The position numbers and the translations under genes are program-made. From positions 135,594,001 through 135,658,000 of the forward strand of contig OZ024742.1 in the NCBI GenBank assembly GCA_964016885.1: 64,000 nt of DNA, written 5' to 3'. The stretch comes from Eledone cirrhosa. Its lineage: Eukaryota. Position 1 is the first letter of the stretch, and every line of letters starts with the position of its first letter. Below are positions 1 through 12,449 of the stretch, in pieces. The notes beneath the pieces were generated by a model. It was not told the origin of the DNA and made no database searches. It worked only from the letters and a program-made list of their open reading frames with translations.

Positions 1-457
1 CACTACTACTACAACAAATGGTAACACAATCACAACCAACAATATAAGCACGACCAACAATGACACAAAACTAATAATAACAAAGCAACAAAAGCAATAC
101 TCCACGACATCACAGCCAACAATAATGGTTTCTAATTTTGGCATAAACCCAGTAATTTGGAGGGAAGGGTAAGTCGATTATATCGACCCCAGCGTGTGGG
201 TATGAAATTCAAGCTCAAATCACACTTTTGGGGGAGACAAGTCAAAATTAGCTAAAGGAAGCCAATTCTAACTTATGAAGTTTGCTTTTAGCATATTTTG
301 AGTTGTATCACCCCCACCCCTGCCCCAAAGTGCAATTTGGGCTTAAATTTAATATTTTAAAAATTTGTCTGAGCGGATTATTGGTATATTAATTTATTGT
401 CCTTTCAATGTCCTTTCGAATTGTATTAGAGACAATTACATTATAAGGTTGTAAATT

Positions 458-516
<59 letters not shown>

Positions 517-518
<2 letters not shown>

Positions 519-963
519 TAGACCTGAAAAATGCGCAAGCTCAAAAGAGTAACAGAATGTTATAATAAACCTTCAAAAGTGTGGGACTAGAGTTGTTGCT
601 CAAAAATATTGTAATCATTATCTATCGTACACTCTGTGGCACCCTTTTATAAAAAAGAGACTCCATAACGAACTCAAGACGACACGATAATTATTTAATC
701 TAATGTTCAATATCTCATATTAGATGCTTAGTAATGATTAATACGAAATGCTCTTAAACCGAATTTTATATTATAAATTCACTTAAATAATTATCGTGTC
801 GTCTTGAATTCGTTATGAGTCTCTTTTTTATAAAAGGATGTCACAGGGTGTACGATAGATAATGATTAAACTATTTTTGAGCAACAACTCTCGTCATACA
901 CTTTTGAAGGTTTATTATAACATTCTGTGGCTCTTTTGAGCTTGCGCATTTTTCAGGTCTAGT
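517..963. repeat. Imperfect palindrome (arms about 180 bp, spacer about 85 bp) with CTAG at both ends, abutting (TA)n
   Basis: 517-698 (actagacctgaaaaatgcgcaagctcaaaagag...) is the reverse complement of 783-963 (...ctcttttgagcttgcgcatttttcaggtctagt). Confidence 0.85.
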
Positions 964-1907
964 TTAATATTTTTTTAAGGCAACGCTTGTAATAACTCTA
1001 GTTAAACAGGATATATATTAATAATAAATTATTGTTTCAATCTAATTAGATTATATAATTATTATTTTATAAATGATCTTATAAATATTATTGTAAGATG
1101 TATAAAAATATTTTCAGAGTTTTAATATAAACAACTACAAAATACAATCAATATTAAATAAATATATTTTACATAATAATTGTTATAGTTGAATTAATAA
1201 AAATTAAATATTACATACAAATAGTCTAACATAATAATAATAAAATAATCTAATATAAAACGAACAATAATATGGACATATATATAAGTAAATATGATAC
1301 AACCAATATTCTAAGCATGTTATAACGAACTGAAAAAAATAGTTAATATAAGTTTAAAAAATCATATGTAAATTAACAATATAACTTACCAAAATGAGAA
1401 AAATATTTTGATGATAAAACGACAAAATACAGGAGAGAGATTCGAAAGCGAAACGGTAAATAAACGTGAAAACAAAACGCTTTTGAGCAACAATTACTCT
1501 CGTTGGTTGATTAGCCAATAAGACGATGAAATTAGCCAATAAGACGATACATTACGAAACATGTTTGGAAGGAATCGCCACGGCCAGCGATACCCCTTGA
1601 ATCTTTATTCACAAGCTACGCATATATTGTCAGACAATATGCAGACTTAAAACATGTTGTTGTTAGTCACTGCGTGTCTAACAGATATATATATAGAGAA
1701 TATTTAAGTATCGAGAGAGAGAAGAAGAGATAAGCGATACATATATTTAGTTGCCAATAGCTTGTGCAAATGTGATCAATACTTGTGCCTACAGGGTTAA
1801 ATATTAGAAGCGTTAATATCTAGCGGTCGAGAACATAAGCAGAGCGGTTACAAGTGGAATGAATACAAATAAGTATATATACCATATCATTTTTTTTTGT
1901 TTTCTAT

Positions 1908-1946
1908 GCCCTTGAGAAGCCCTTTTTGGGCGAAACGTACGTAGGC
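1908..1946 (+). ncRNA. Minimal type I hammerhead ribozyme, U3-A8 core variant
   Basis: GCC-C-TTGAGAA-GCCC(TTTTT)GGGC-GAAA-C(GTAC)G-TA-GGC. Helix I is gcc/ggc, helix II is gccc/gggc, helix III is 1 bp with a palindromic GTAC loop, and the cleavage triplet is GUA. Confidence 0.75.
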
Positions 1947-2024
1947 GAATTTTTTTATATAAACATGTTTTAACGGTATATACTCCTTTGTATTCATTCC
2001 ACTTATATATATATATATATATAT

Positions 2025-2180
2025 AGTGTAAGATTGTAATATGGAAGTAAACAAGAGAAGAAACCCTTCATCCGCTGTTAACTGTGATCATAGATGTTTC
2101 TGCGCCGTACATCTATGATCAGAGTTAACAGCTGATGGAGGGTTTCTTCTCTTATTTACGTCCATATTACTATCTTAGAC
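2025..2180. repeat. Imperfect hairpin (arms about 70 bp) between (TA)n tracts
   Basis: agagaagaaacccttcatccgctgttaactgtgatcatagatgt pairs with acatctatgatcagagttaacagctgatggagggtttcttctct. Confidence 0.8.
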
Positions 2181-2216
2181 TTTGCTTACAGTTAACCACA
2201 CAGCCCGCTACGTTTC

Positions 2217-2312
<96 letters not shown>

Positions 2313-2512
2313 ATAATAATAAATTTGAAGACTAAAATCCAAAGAGAGCCCGATAAGGATGAATATATATCAAATATATAAGAACCCTAGAGCAAATATT
2401 TATTAAAATAAAAGATTAAAGTTTAAGCAAAGAATCGCTGCTTTCACCGGTTAAGGTTAAAAGCAGCGATTCTTTAATCTGCAGATTAAACCTTTAATCT
2501 GTTATATATATA

Positions 2513-2655
2513 GAAGAGGAAGACCAAGGTTAACGTATGTTGATGCCCTAAGGACAGACACTGGTCTGTTGGAGACGTAGGACATGGCAGCGATAATGAG
2601 GGACAGAGACCGCTGGAGAGAACTCGTCCATGGATCTCGGGAATTTTACCCGCCT

Positions 2656-2658
<3 letters not shown>
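2513..2658 (+). mobile_element. RTE-X-type LINE 3' terminal fragment
   Basis: Same family as 23429-23775 (RGRPRLTYVDALRTDTGL...IMRDRDRWRELVH); ends in (TA)n. Confidence 0.65.
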
Positions 2659-2745
<87 letters not shown>

Positions 2746-2982
2746 TGGAGAGAGAGAGAGTGAGAGAGAGTGAGAAAGAGAGACAAGAAAAACAAAAATA
2801 AGGAATTTTACTGGGTCCAGTATGTATTCCCGTAACTCCTGATAGTCGTAGAGGCGCCGTATTGATATACAGCGTTTCTAGGGCAATTTAAACTTGGCGG
2901 AGCCCATCCCTTTGCAAACATGAGTACATCAGATTTCTTCCAGAGAAAGATAGAAAATGCCAGAGAGAAATAGATATAGAGT

Positions 2983-3143
2983 AAGAATCGACACTAGCTT
3001 TAGACTGGTACTTTTTTATCGACCTCGAAAGGATAAAAGGCAAAGTTGACCTTGGCGGGATTTGAACTCAGAGAGCAGAGGGCCGGAATGAATACCATAA
3101 AGCATTCTATCCGACGTTCTAACGAATCTGGAAATTCGCCGAC
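2983..3143 (-). mobile_element. tRNA-derived SINE copy
   Basis: Reverse complement contains ctgagttcaaatcccgccaaggtcaactttgccttttatcc...gtcgataaaaaagtaccagt, shared with more than 10 copies in the window. Confidence 0.75.
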
Positions 3144-3514
3144 TACAGGGGCCAGTATGATCTACTACAATCTTTCACGGCGGTGACCCATCATAAAATA
3201 GTCTAATGACTGAAACCAGTAAAAGAATGTTTTGTTTTTTTAAAACAGGAAAAACAAATAAACCACAATCAACAGAAAGAGGAAGCTGGAGAAACTCTAC
3301 TATATACGAATGAGATTTAACCTTGTTGTTTTTGGAACACTGAAACAACATCAAAACAGAAGTTCAAGAGACCGCAAAACATTGGAACTGACACCCGAGA
3401 GCGGAGTTGCAGAAAAAACTGTCATCTTGTATTCTACAGTAACTCCTATCGAATTTCTTGGGAGTTGAGTGAGGGTTGGAGACTCCAGTTTGCTTCCTGA
3501 ATCTCAGGAACATG

Positions 3515-3591
<77 letters not shown>

Positions 3592-3699
3592 GACATCAAG
3601 AAAAACATTACAGACGGCACAGGACGGTACAGGTCGGTACGATGTGGGTTTTGTGCGTGTAAATATTTTTATTATTTATATAATTTACGGTCCTTGTCA

Positions 3700-3818
3700 T
3701 TCTGAGTTCAAATCCGCCGAGGTTAACTTTGCCTTTCATCCTTACGGGGTCGATAAAAGAAAGTACCAGTAATGCACTGGGTATTTGCTGGCCTTGTGCC
3801 AAAAGTAGAAACAATTAT
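3700..3818 (+). mobile_element. tRNA-derived SINE, 3' part
   Basis: ctgagttcaaatccgccgaggttaactttgcctttcatccttacggggtcgataaaagaaagtaccagtaatgcactggg...gtagaaacaattatt. Confidence 0.8.
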
Positions 3819-4009
3819 TTATATAAGAAAAGAAAAAAAAGGACATAGAAACATATATATAAACAATAAAAATGAAAATTGAAACAATGAAAAATTCCCC
3901 AATAGGGGGGAAACCTACTAGGGTTACTCGTGGCGAAAACCACACAAAAGACCACGGCCACCCTGACCACCAGGGCAAGCGCCCTCTCTCAATTTTTCCA
4001 TCTCTCAAA

Positions 4010-7000
4010 CTACAGACGTATATTCACTCGGGCCATTCTCGCTACATTCACCCACCTTTCAACAAACTTGCTAGAAAGCATCACTTGCCTCTCCACCCTG
4101 ATTTTCCTCTTCAAGTGAAACTTGAAAACGTTAATTAGGGATTCGCCGAAGAGGAAAGTGTCTGTCTTTAACCCTTTTAACCTTGTCCACCACACAATAT
4201 CTTTCGCCATGGCCACCAGGCAGATGAAAACCGGCTGCCCTTCCTCCTCGAAGGAAGACGGCGAGACCATCTACACAATGGACTCAGTCGACAACCGGAT
4301 CAGTCCCACACGCGACAGCAACTGTTCGACATAGCTCCACAAGTCAGCAATGCTCGGGCACTGAACGAGTGCGTGCACGACGGTTTCGTCGCACTGTGCG
4401 CATCTCGGACAGGCTCGGCTGACGTCACTTCCGTGCCTGTAGAGCTTATCTCGAACCGGCAGCGCTCCCCGGTAGCACTGGCAGGCCAGGGATTTTTGGA
4501 AGTTATCCATAGGCCCCGGGCTGAAAGTTCTCCGGAAGAGAGCAAACAGCTGATTTTTTTCGACGCCCAGGATCTCTCCGAGAATGTCGTCGCTCTTCCC
4601 CTCCACTAGTCCTCTATAAAACGCCGAGGTGGATGTGCCACCGATACTGGTGCCCAGCTGGGAGAGGGCAGTGAGTGCCTGGAGAACGGCTACCACACCT
4701 GTTCACCATCAAGGAAGCTCCAGAGATGTCGCAACCTCAGCGCATGTTTGCGCATCATCAGGCATGGCATGCCCAGTCCTCCACGCAACAGTTTTGACAG
4801 CAGATTTATCGTCTGACCATGGGAGCGCGTCCCTTCCACAAAAAGCGGAAGAGGAGGCGCTCCTTTTTGGTGAGAGTTGGGCTGGAACAAGGGACAACGG
4901 TGAGGCGGTAGCAGATGACGGATGCGATGTACGCATTCGCCACCTCCGCCCTGCCTTTCAGGGACAGCTTCCTCTCAGCCCATTTCTGGGTGAGGGAGGC
5001 CACCCTGCTTGTCACCTCGTTCCAGTTTTTCTCCACCTGGAGGTCCGGTCCGAACCAGACCCCGAGCAATTTAACCGGTCCGTCCGTCCAACGCCCCACG
5101 ACGCTGTCAGACGGCATGTACTTGCCTCTCCAGGTGCCGAGCTGCAGGCCCACCGACCTTTCCTGGTTTATCTTTGCTACTGTCACCGCTTCGTATTCCT
5201 TGAGAGCGGTGCCGAGCATGTGGACGTGCCTGGTGCTCGACACCACCACGGTGACATCGTCAGCGTAAGCCGACTCGGATTTCCCGCATCCTAGTTCGCG
5301 TGGGACGATCCTCATCGCCCCCAGTTTGTGCAGTAACGGCTCGAGAGCCAATACGTACAAGAGGGACGAGAGGGGACAACCCTGGTGGACTGAGTGCATG
5401 ATGCTGAACGGCTGCGACAGGTGACCGTTCACCCTCACAACTGAGCAGATGTCGCTGTACATTGCTGCAATCTAACCCCTGAAAACGGGCCCGAAACCGG
5501 CTGCCTCGAGGACCGCCGCCAGGTAGCGATGGTCGACCCTATCGAATGCTTTGGATTGATCCAAGTTGATCAGGGCCCCACTCTTGCCAGATTCCTTAAC
5601 CACCCTCTCTATGATGTATCTCATGAGGTTGAGGTTGTCGTGTATGGATCTGTCCGGAATGGCGCATGTCTGCGCCTGTCTCACCAGGCACTTGACGCCA
5701 AGCGCCAACCCCGTTTCTAACACCTTGGCCAAAATCTTGAACTCTGCGTTTAGCAGGGTTATGGGCCTGAAATTATCGATAACATCTCCCTTGTTCGGGT
5801 CTTTTCTCAGCAGCGCCACTGCTCCCCGGCTCACAAATCTTAAAATGCTCCCGTTCTGCTGCCAGTTGCAGTAGACGTCTGCCAAGAGGTCACCGAACAA
5901 GTCTGGCATCAATGCATAAAGCTCGTAGGGCAGACCATCCAAACCTGGCGATTTATCCCTTGTGCAGTTAGCCATCGCTTCCCGTAATTCACCGGCTGTT
6001 ATTGGCTTTTCCCAACACTGTGCTGCGGTCGTCGAGAGCCGAGGCAGTCCGTCGAGGCATGCACTGAAGTCCATGCCCCGATCCAGGCCGCCGCCGCTCC
6101 CGAACAGTTCAGCAAAGTGCTGCTGAAAAGCTTCACACATCCGGTCGGGTTGGAGCATCACGCACCCGTTTTGGTCAGACAAAGACGGAATTGTGGCTTT
6201 GTTGCCACGTCGCGCCTCTGCCACCCGGGCCCATTGGACGGCTTTTGTCCCCTCGTGTTTCAGAGCACGCGCTCTAGTTCTGACAACGCACGTCTTCGTG
6301 TTTTGCGTTGAAGAATTGGTCGAGTGCCAATCTCGCCGCAAGCACGTCGGTTGCGATGCCTGTCCTAAACGCCTCTTCTAGCTTTCTGACTAGCTCTCCT
6401 TCTACTCTATTTTCCTCTATCACTACTCCTTTGCTAAACCTAATCGACTCTACTTTAATTGCCCTTTTCAAGGCGAACCACCACCTGTTGTTGACGCTCG
6501 CTCCCGTCAACGCCCGCTTAACTAATACGCTAACCTGTCTCTGTAGGCTTTGCGCGCCGGGAAAGACGCGTTCAGCTTGCAGTAACCAGGCCCTTGTCTA
6601 TGAAGTTTGTTATGTCGATCTCACAGATCACAAATTTTTGCTCTGTATAGTCGACTATTTTAAATTGTGGACAACTTATACGAGCCTTATCTAGTTCTCT
6701 GCAGAATACCCTATCGAGATACGATCTGGATGACCCGATGCGGTTTGTCCATGTCCACATTGGCACATCCGGGTGATCCAGTCGATACCTGTCAGAAAAT
6801 TCAAAACGTCTGAGCAGGTTGGTGAGGCTCTTGCACCCTCCTCCCCTATCCGCTAGCCCCACACGATCCCAGCGTGCATCCAAGATACCCTTCCAGTCGC
6901 CCACTAACACTAAAGAGCGGGACGTTCCAAGAAAGGTCTCTAGACGTCTGAAGAAATCTGGCCGTCCTGCCCCTGTTGGGGCGTAGACGGCTACTAGCCT

Positions 7001-7318
7001 GAAAGCATTTGCCTTCGCTGCCGGTCACATCCAGCACCACCGACTTACCTTCTGCGTCTAGGAAGATGGCCCGTATCGCGAGATCCAAGACTCTCCGAAA
7101 AAGGACGGCGATCCCTCCCCCCGATCCTGGACGGCTGGGAGATGCGTATACATCGTAGCAGCCGAGATCGGTGCGAAGGCTTGTGTTTTGGAGATTCTGG
7201 TTTCACTGATGGCCACCACATCTATGTTTAGTGACCTGAGGTCGTTGAGCAGGTGACCATGCTTCCAAGATGACCCCAGGCCACGTGCATTTATACTGCC
7301 TATTCTGCATACGGCCAT
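4010..7318 (-). pseudogene. LINE ORF2 (APE endonuclease, reverse transcriptase, C-terminal Cys/His motif), frameshifted
   Basis: MAVCRIGSINARGL...DVVAISET; LVGDWKGILD; SYLDRVF; KSPGLDGLPYE; NFRPITLLNAEFKILAK; LDQSKAFDRVDH; VHQGCPLS; AYADDVT; CPRC...ETVVHALVQC. Confidence 0.9.
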
Positions 7319-7350
7319 GATGGATGAGAAACGGGGCAAGTGAGAAAGGG

Positions 7351-8010
7351 TCACTTACCTTGATCGTGTGATGAAGGGACAGTAGGACCGTCCCTTTTGC
7401 TGGTCATGGGTGTTTCCAAGAGGATGTCAGTGTATATCCTCTTGGTAACCGACCCTCCGAAGTCTCCAATTTCGTTGGGGAATTTTTGTTTTAGAGGTTT
7501 GTACTGTTCTATTGAGATTTCGATGATGCTTATGTTTGTCGGGAGAGTTCTTGGTGTTGGTGGGGTGTAGTAGTTTTTTTCTGTGATGTCTGTGTGCTGC
7601 TTTATATATTGTATGAGTTCTTTTTTTGCCATGTTTATGGCTGTGTACCTTTTGGGGGGAGGGGTGATTTTGTTGCTGTTTTCTTCTTGTTGCTGTTTGG
7701 TGTGTGTGTCTTGTTGTGTTTGCGTTGTTGGTGTTCTTGGTGATGCTGGTGGTGGTGTAGTTGTTGTTGTCAGTGGTGCTTGCGGTGGTGATGGTGGCGG
7801 GGTTGCTGCAAGTTTCCTTGATGCTTTTACCCCTCTTTGTATGCCTTCGCTTTTGGATGGTGAATCTAAGTTTTTTTTTGTTTTTTGCTTTTTGTGGCAG
7901 ACCGTTTGCCAATTCACTCCCACGTCAAACTCCATGTCGGATTCTGTGGCGTCTGGGAGGGGTATGTGCTCCACGGCTGTTGGTGGTGGTAGAGGAGCTC
8001 TCCTCGGCAA
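7351..8010 (-). pseudogene. LINE ORF1 C-terminal remnant (Pro/Thr/Lys-rich)
   Basis: 219-aa ORF ending 33 nt upstream of the ORF2 start on the same strand; upstream part is broken. Confidence 0.55.
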
Positions 8011-8336
8011 TTTTGTTTCTGTGTAGCTACTTCAAATGTAGCTATTGGTGTTGCCTTCACTGATGATGCTGCTTTAGTTGTCCGTGGCCTTGGTACGGGT
8101 GCTATGGACGTTGCCCTCCTACTCACCGTGGAAGGGGCTTCTTCGTTTGTTGCCTGCCCTGCTCTTGGTAGCAGCGGACCAGGTACTGGAAGGAGAGGGG
8201 CCTTCTTCGCTGTCTTCTGCGGGGAAAAGGCCCTGAGATGACCCTTCGACCCACAGAGATAACATTTTGGCCGTCTTCCTTCTACACTTATAGGGAGCTG
8301 GAGTCCTTCCTCGATGTCTATGATATCGGGGATAAA

Positions 8337-8480
8337 TTATTGTTTCTACTTTTGGCAAAAGGTCAGCAATTTGAAGAAGAGGGGAAAGTCTATTAAATCG
8401 ACCACAGTGCATTACTGGTGCTTTATTTTATCAACCACGTAATGATGAATGGCAAAGCTAACCTCGGCGGAGTTCAAATC
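8337..8480 (-). mobile_element. tRNA-derived SINE copy
   Basis: attattgtttctacttttggc...gcattactggtgctttattttatc...ggcaaagctaacctcggcgg. Confidence 0.7.
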
Positions 8481-8896
8481 ATGCCGAGGATAGCTTTGCC
8501 ATTCATTTTTACGGGGTCGATAAAATAGTAATAACAATAATATTAATTTCTTTATTAGCCACAAAGGCCAGCATATAGGGGACAATAAAAAGGAGAGGGA
8601 AAGTGGAGATTTCTGACTCAATATTTAGTAGCAAGAAGGGCAACAAGCTTCGAATTAAGGGAGACATCTAGAAATCTTGAAATAGTCCCATGACAAAAAG
8701 ATATAGTTATAAACAGAGACATAAAAGAGGTATCAAAATATCACATGAGAAAATATCTATCCAAGATATAATGTACCTTAAAATCATAAAGAAAATAGAT
8801 AGGCAGCGTCATACGGCATGTCTAGGGCACTTTTTAACCTGGTGAAGCCCAACAGTCTCTATGTCTGAAAACAGCCGATTTTTCTCTATATAGGAA

Positions 8897-9258
8897 GAAT
8901 CTAGCCCAGTACTGGACCAGTATTTTTTTATATCGAGCTCGAAAGGATAAAACACAAAGCTGACGACGGCGGAATTTAAACTCAGTGCGGGCTATGAGGT
9001 AGGACGAATACCGTAAAGCAGGCATGTCAAACTGAGGGACCCTGAGGGCCACATAGGTCACATATGTGTTGTCTGAGGGCCACACACGACAAATAATTGC
9101 ACACATTACGAAGATAAAACATGATCGCGCTATAAAAACCGTTGTGCGGACTGCAGGTGTACTTGTAAAGGGCCATATACGGCCCGCGGGCTTCATGTTT
9201 GGCATTCCTGCCGTAAAGCATTCTATACGATGTCTTAACAACTCTGCCAATTCGCCAA
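8897..9258 (-). mobile_element. SINE copy interrupted by a hAT MITE
   Basis: The SINE sequence resumes after 9210 (ccgtaaagcattctatacgatgtcttaacaactctgccaattcgcc). Confidence 0.7.
9019..9210. mobile_element. 192-bp hAT (Charlie/Buster-like) MITE
   Basis: TIRs CAGGCATGTCAAAC / GTTTGGCATTCCTG; perfect 8-bp TSD CCGTAAAG at 9011-9018 and 9211-9218 with central TA. Confidence 0.85.
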
Positions 9259-9341
9259 TAAAGTTTATAAGTTTAAAAGACAGTACAGACATGAGAAAGA
9301 AATCAACCAATAGACACTAAATAAAATGCCTTTATCATGAA

Positions 9342-10326
9342 CTAGCAGTAAAGCCCGGCGTTGCTCGGGGTCGCTCAGTAGCTGTGTTAAAGTTACAATG
9401 TTAAGTTTCTTTCTTGGCTTAAAAACTGTAGTGTCTACTGTGCAGACTTGCATGTGGTGTTTTTGATTAATATTCCCTCAACCAACAATATGCCTTATGA
9501 AGTTAAGAAAACATAACGATAACCCGAATGTTATAACAAAAGAGGATGCTGGGGATAAAAACTGCACTGGTTATTTATTAACAAAGATCGAAAATGTAAA
9601 CACTGCAACGCAGAGAAAAACATTAGCGTAACCAAATTATCAGTTATGTCTGTCTGCACGCCTATATCACCTCTCTGCACGACTGTCTGTCTGCACGCCT
9701 ATATCACCTCTCTGGACGACTGTCTGTCTGCACGCCTATATCACCTCTCTGCACGACTGTCTATCTGCACGCCTATATCACCTCTCTGCACGACTATCTG
9801 TCTGCACGCCTATATCACCTCTCTGCACCACCATCTGTCTGCACGACTGTCTGTCTGCACGCCTAACGACGAAATATTTGCTTGTTTTACGTAGTCTTTA
9901 AATAGACTTGTTTTCAAGTAAAAATATTGTTTTAAAATGCTTTTAAATGGAAATGAAGCAAAACGGAAGCTTAGTGTTCGAACTGATGAATTTTGCAGGT
10001 CAATATTTTGCTGGCTCGACAACTGTTCGTGTATTGTGTTAATGTCATTTTAAACGCTGAGAAAGCCAGCGTAATTTTTTACGTAAGACGCGCAATGTAA
10101 ACAGAACAAAGGGAAATAACTGATAACTTACGCTCAAAAATCGATACATTATATTCGATTTCGTCAGATAGGGTGGGTCAATTTGAAATATTTTTTTTCC
10201 GATGTCTTCGCTAGGGCTCAATGTACAAGTATAGCAATTTCGGTGCAATTCCGTGAGAGATTCTAAGAGGAGGTGTGTGCCAAAAATCGATAGACAGACA
10301 GACAACCACAGTTTTATATATATAGA
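9342..10326 (-). mobile_element. Non-autonomous Helitron
   Basis: Minus strand starts TCTATATATAT and ends with the GC hairpin CCCGAGCAACGCCGGG shortly before CTAG; inserted between A and T with no TSD. Confidence 0.75.
9646..9865 (+). repeat. 37-bp minisatellite, about 5.5 copies, inside the Helitron
   Basis: Unit tgtctgtctgcacgcctatatcacctctctgcacgac. Confidence 0.9.
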
Positions 10327-10629
10327 TTAAATAATAAAATAATAAAAGAAGGCAATCAAATAATAAAAAACAGTTTGTAGAAAAAGGATATTAAGTAGAA
10401 AATGCCTATAAAACAAATAAATTATTGACATAAATGACACGGTTTCTCTAGTATTGTGCGGGACTGACTTTTGCCAATTAATTATCTTACAAATGCAAAT
10501 ATATCTTTTAAAGATATATGCCAAATGGTGAGGTTCTCTAAAGCAGAGTGAGAGCAGGGTGAGGGAATTGGTCGCTGAGCTGAAAACCCTAATAATCACT
10601 CTCTTTATATATATATAAATATATATATT

Positions 10630-10684
<55 letters not shown>

Positions 10685-10737
10685 CTCTCTCTCTACATAT
10701 ATATGTATATATATATATATACATATATCTTTATATG

Positions 10738-10784
<47 letters not shown>

Positions 10785-10866
10785 TATACTATATATTATT
10801 AATCGGCTCAGTATTTATACTTTGAGCTTAATAGTTATAGGGTTCCAATTGAGTTTTAACTCTAAT

Positions 10867-10959
<93 letters not shown>

Positions 10960-11062
10960 ATATTATATATATATATATATATTATATATATATATATATT
11001 ATATATATATATATATCAAAATAAAGATCCGAAGGCATGGTATAAATTTCCAATCATTTTAA

Positions 11063-11136
11063 TCACGACACATGTTTCAATAAGAGATAGATCGATCGTG
11101 TAGCCATGATCGATTATCACTGAACTCGTCAGGTAA
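11063..11136 (-). ncRNA. Type I hammerhead ribozyme in PLE pseudo-LTR
   Basis: Minus strand: ttac-CTGACGA-[47-nt helix II]-GAAA-C(ATGT)G-TC-gtga. Confidence 0.75.
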
Positions 11137-12449
11137 AAATTAATTGTCCTCAAATCCTTGATATGAGGAAGAAAATTTACGATGTTCACTCACAGAGTTT
11201 AGTCCCTCATATGAAGATCAAGCAGTCAAAACACGGCGACTGCTATCGTCCTCAGTTAGCGTCATAAAACTATCAAGTCTCTATCTCCCAATAGCTGTAA
11301 AAGACGATGGACATCAATCAAATCTGTAGAACTATGGAGGGTCACAGTTAGTGTGAGTGAGTACACACACACACACACCGACGCGAGGGCAGAGAAAAAA
11401 TATAAATATATCAACATAGTATTCACCGAAAGTTAATTTACAAAACAATAAATGTTATATTGGTCAAATCTCAATTTGACGATGTAAATTGGAAAAATTT
11501 GGTCAACCGCAACCCTATACACACGGAAGTAAGTTCAGTTCAGTGTTCTGCTATACGTGTATAGATTGAATTGTAACATCCGTATCTCCAAATAGTGTAT
11601 GTTATGGTATATACACATCCGTATCGTCGAAAAAAGTATATGTTAAGGTATATACACATCCATGTGAAGAGCAAGTAGTCAGCTCATATCGAACACAGAA
11701 TGTGCCATTGTCCCATTGAGAATCTGAGTCCCCAAATCTGTGCGTGCAGCAACCGCTATGTTGGCCAACAAGGGGCTCTGTGTAGGGTTGGGTATTTGGG
11801 TTAACGTGCCAGTATGTGCGATTTCCCGTCATAAGGGCCCTTGGGCTTTTAAGATAGGTGCTTGAGAGGTGGTGGTGCGTTATCCGACACAAAAAGTAAA
11901 ATAAAATAACAAAGAATAGCAAAACCCAGAGGATGTGTATAGGCCCATTAATGGTGTGTATGTATTATTGTCCAATATGTAACCGTGAGCATCCATGGTT
12001 AGATGATCACGGATCAAAACCTAGTGTAGTGTTCAATCGATAGGAACGTGACCAATCATAACTGTGGAAACTCAGTGTCTAAAGAAACCGGGTACTGTGT
12101 GTAGAGTTATGTATAGAGAGCGTAATCGGTCTTAACTGAATGTGTAATACGTCTAGCTATATCCTAACCGAGAGAACTCAATGGTTAGGGTATCCTAAAG
12201 TAATGGTGAATGCGCGTAATCGGGCTAACCTGAGTGTGTAATCATTCTAACTAGGTATTCTAATGTACACTCAGCTGTGAGAACTCTGTGGAAATAGGCC
12301 GAGTACCGTTTGTAAGTGCGCAAACTATCTTAGCTGTCTAACTACTTGAGTGTGTCATTGTCTGTTTTTTTGCTAACTGAGAGAACACTATGGCTAAGAT
12401 AGAGAGGGAGGAGTTAGTGGTAGGTTAATTTCCAAAATTCCTGCGGGAG

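Larger units (their letters stand above)
3819..8330 (-). mobile_element. L1/Tx1-clade LINE, decayed (ORF1 remnant, ORF2 APE-RT and 3' UTR)
   Basis: GC-rich block carrying collinear ORF pieces on the minus strand; boundaries are approximate. Confidence 0.85.

Noticed and set aside
4629-5294. Plus-strand ORFs overlapping the LINE
   Set aside because: Antisense shadows of the GC-rich LINE ORF2.
9646-9865. CRISPR-like 37-bp periodicity
   Set aside because: Head-to-tail identical units with no unique spacers, no cas genes and a eukaryotic context.
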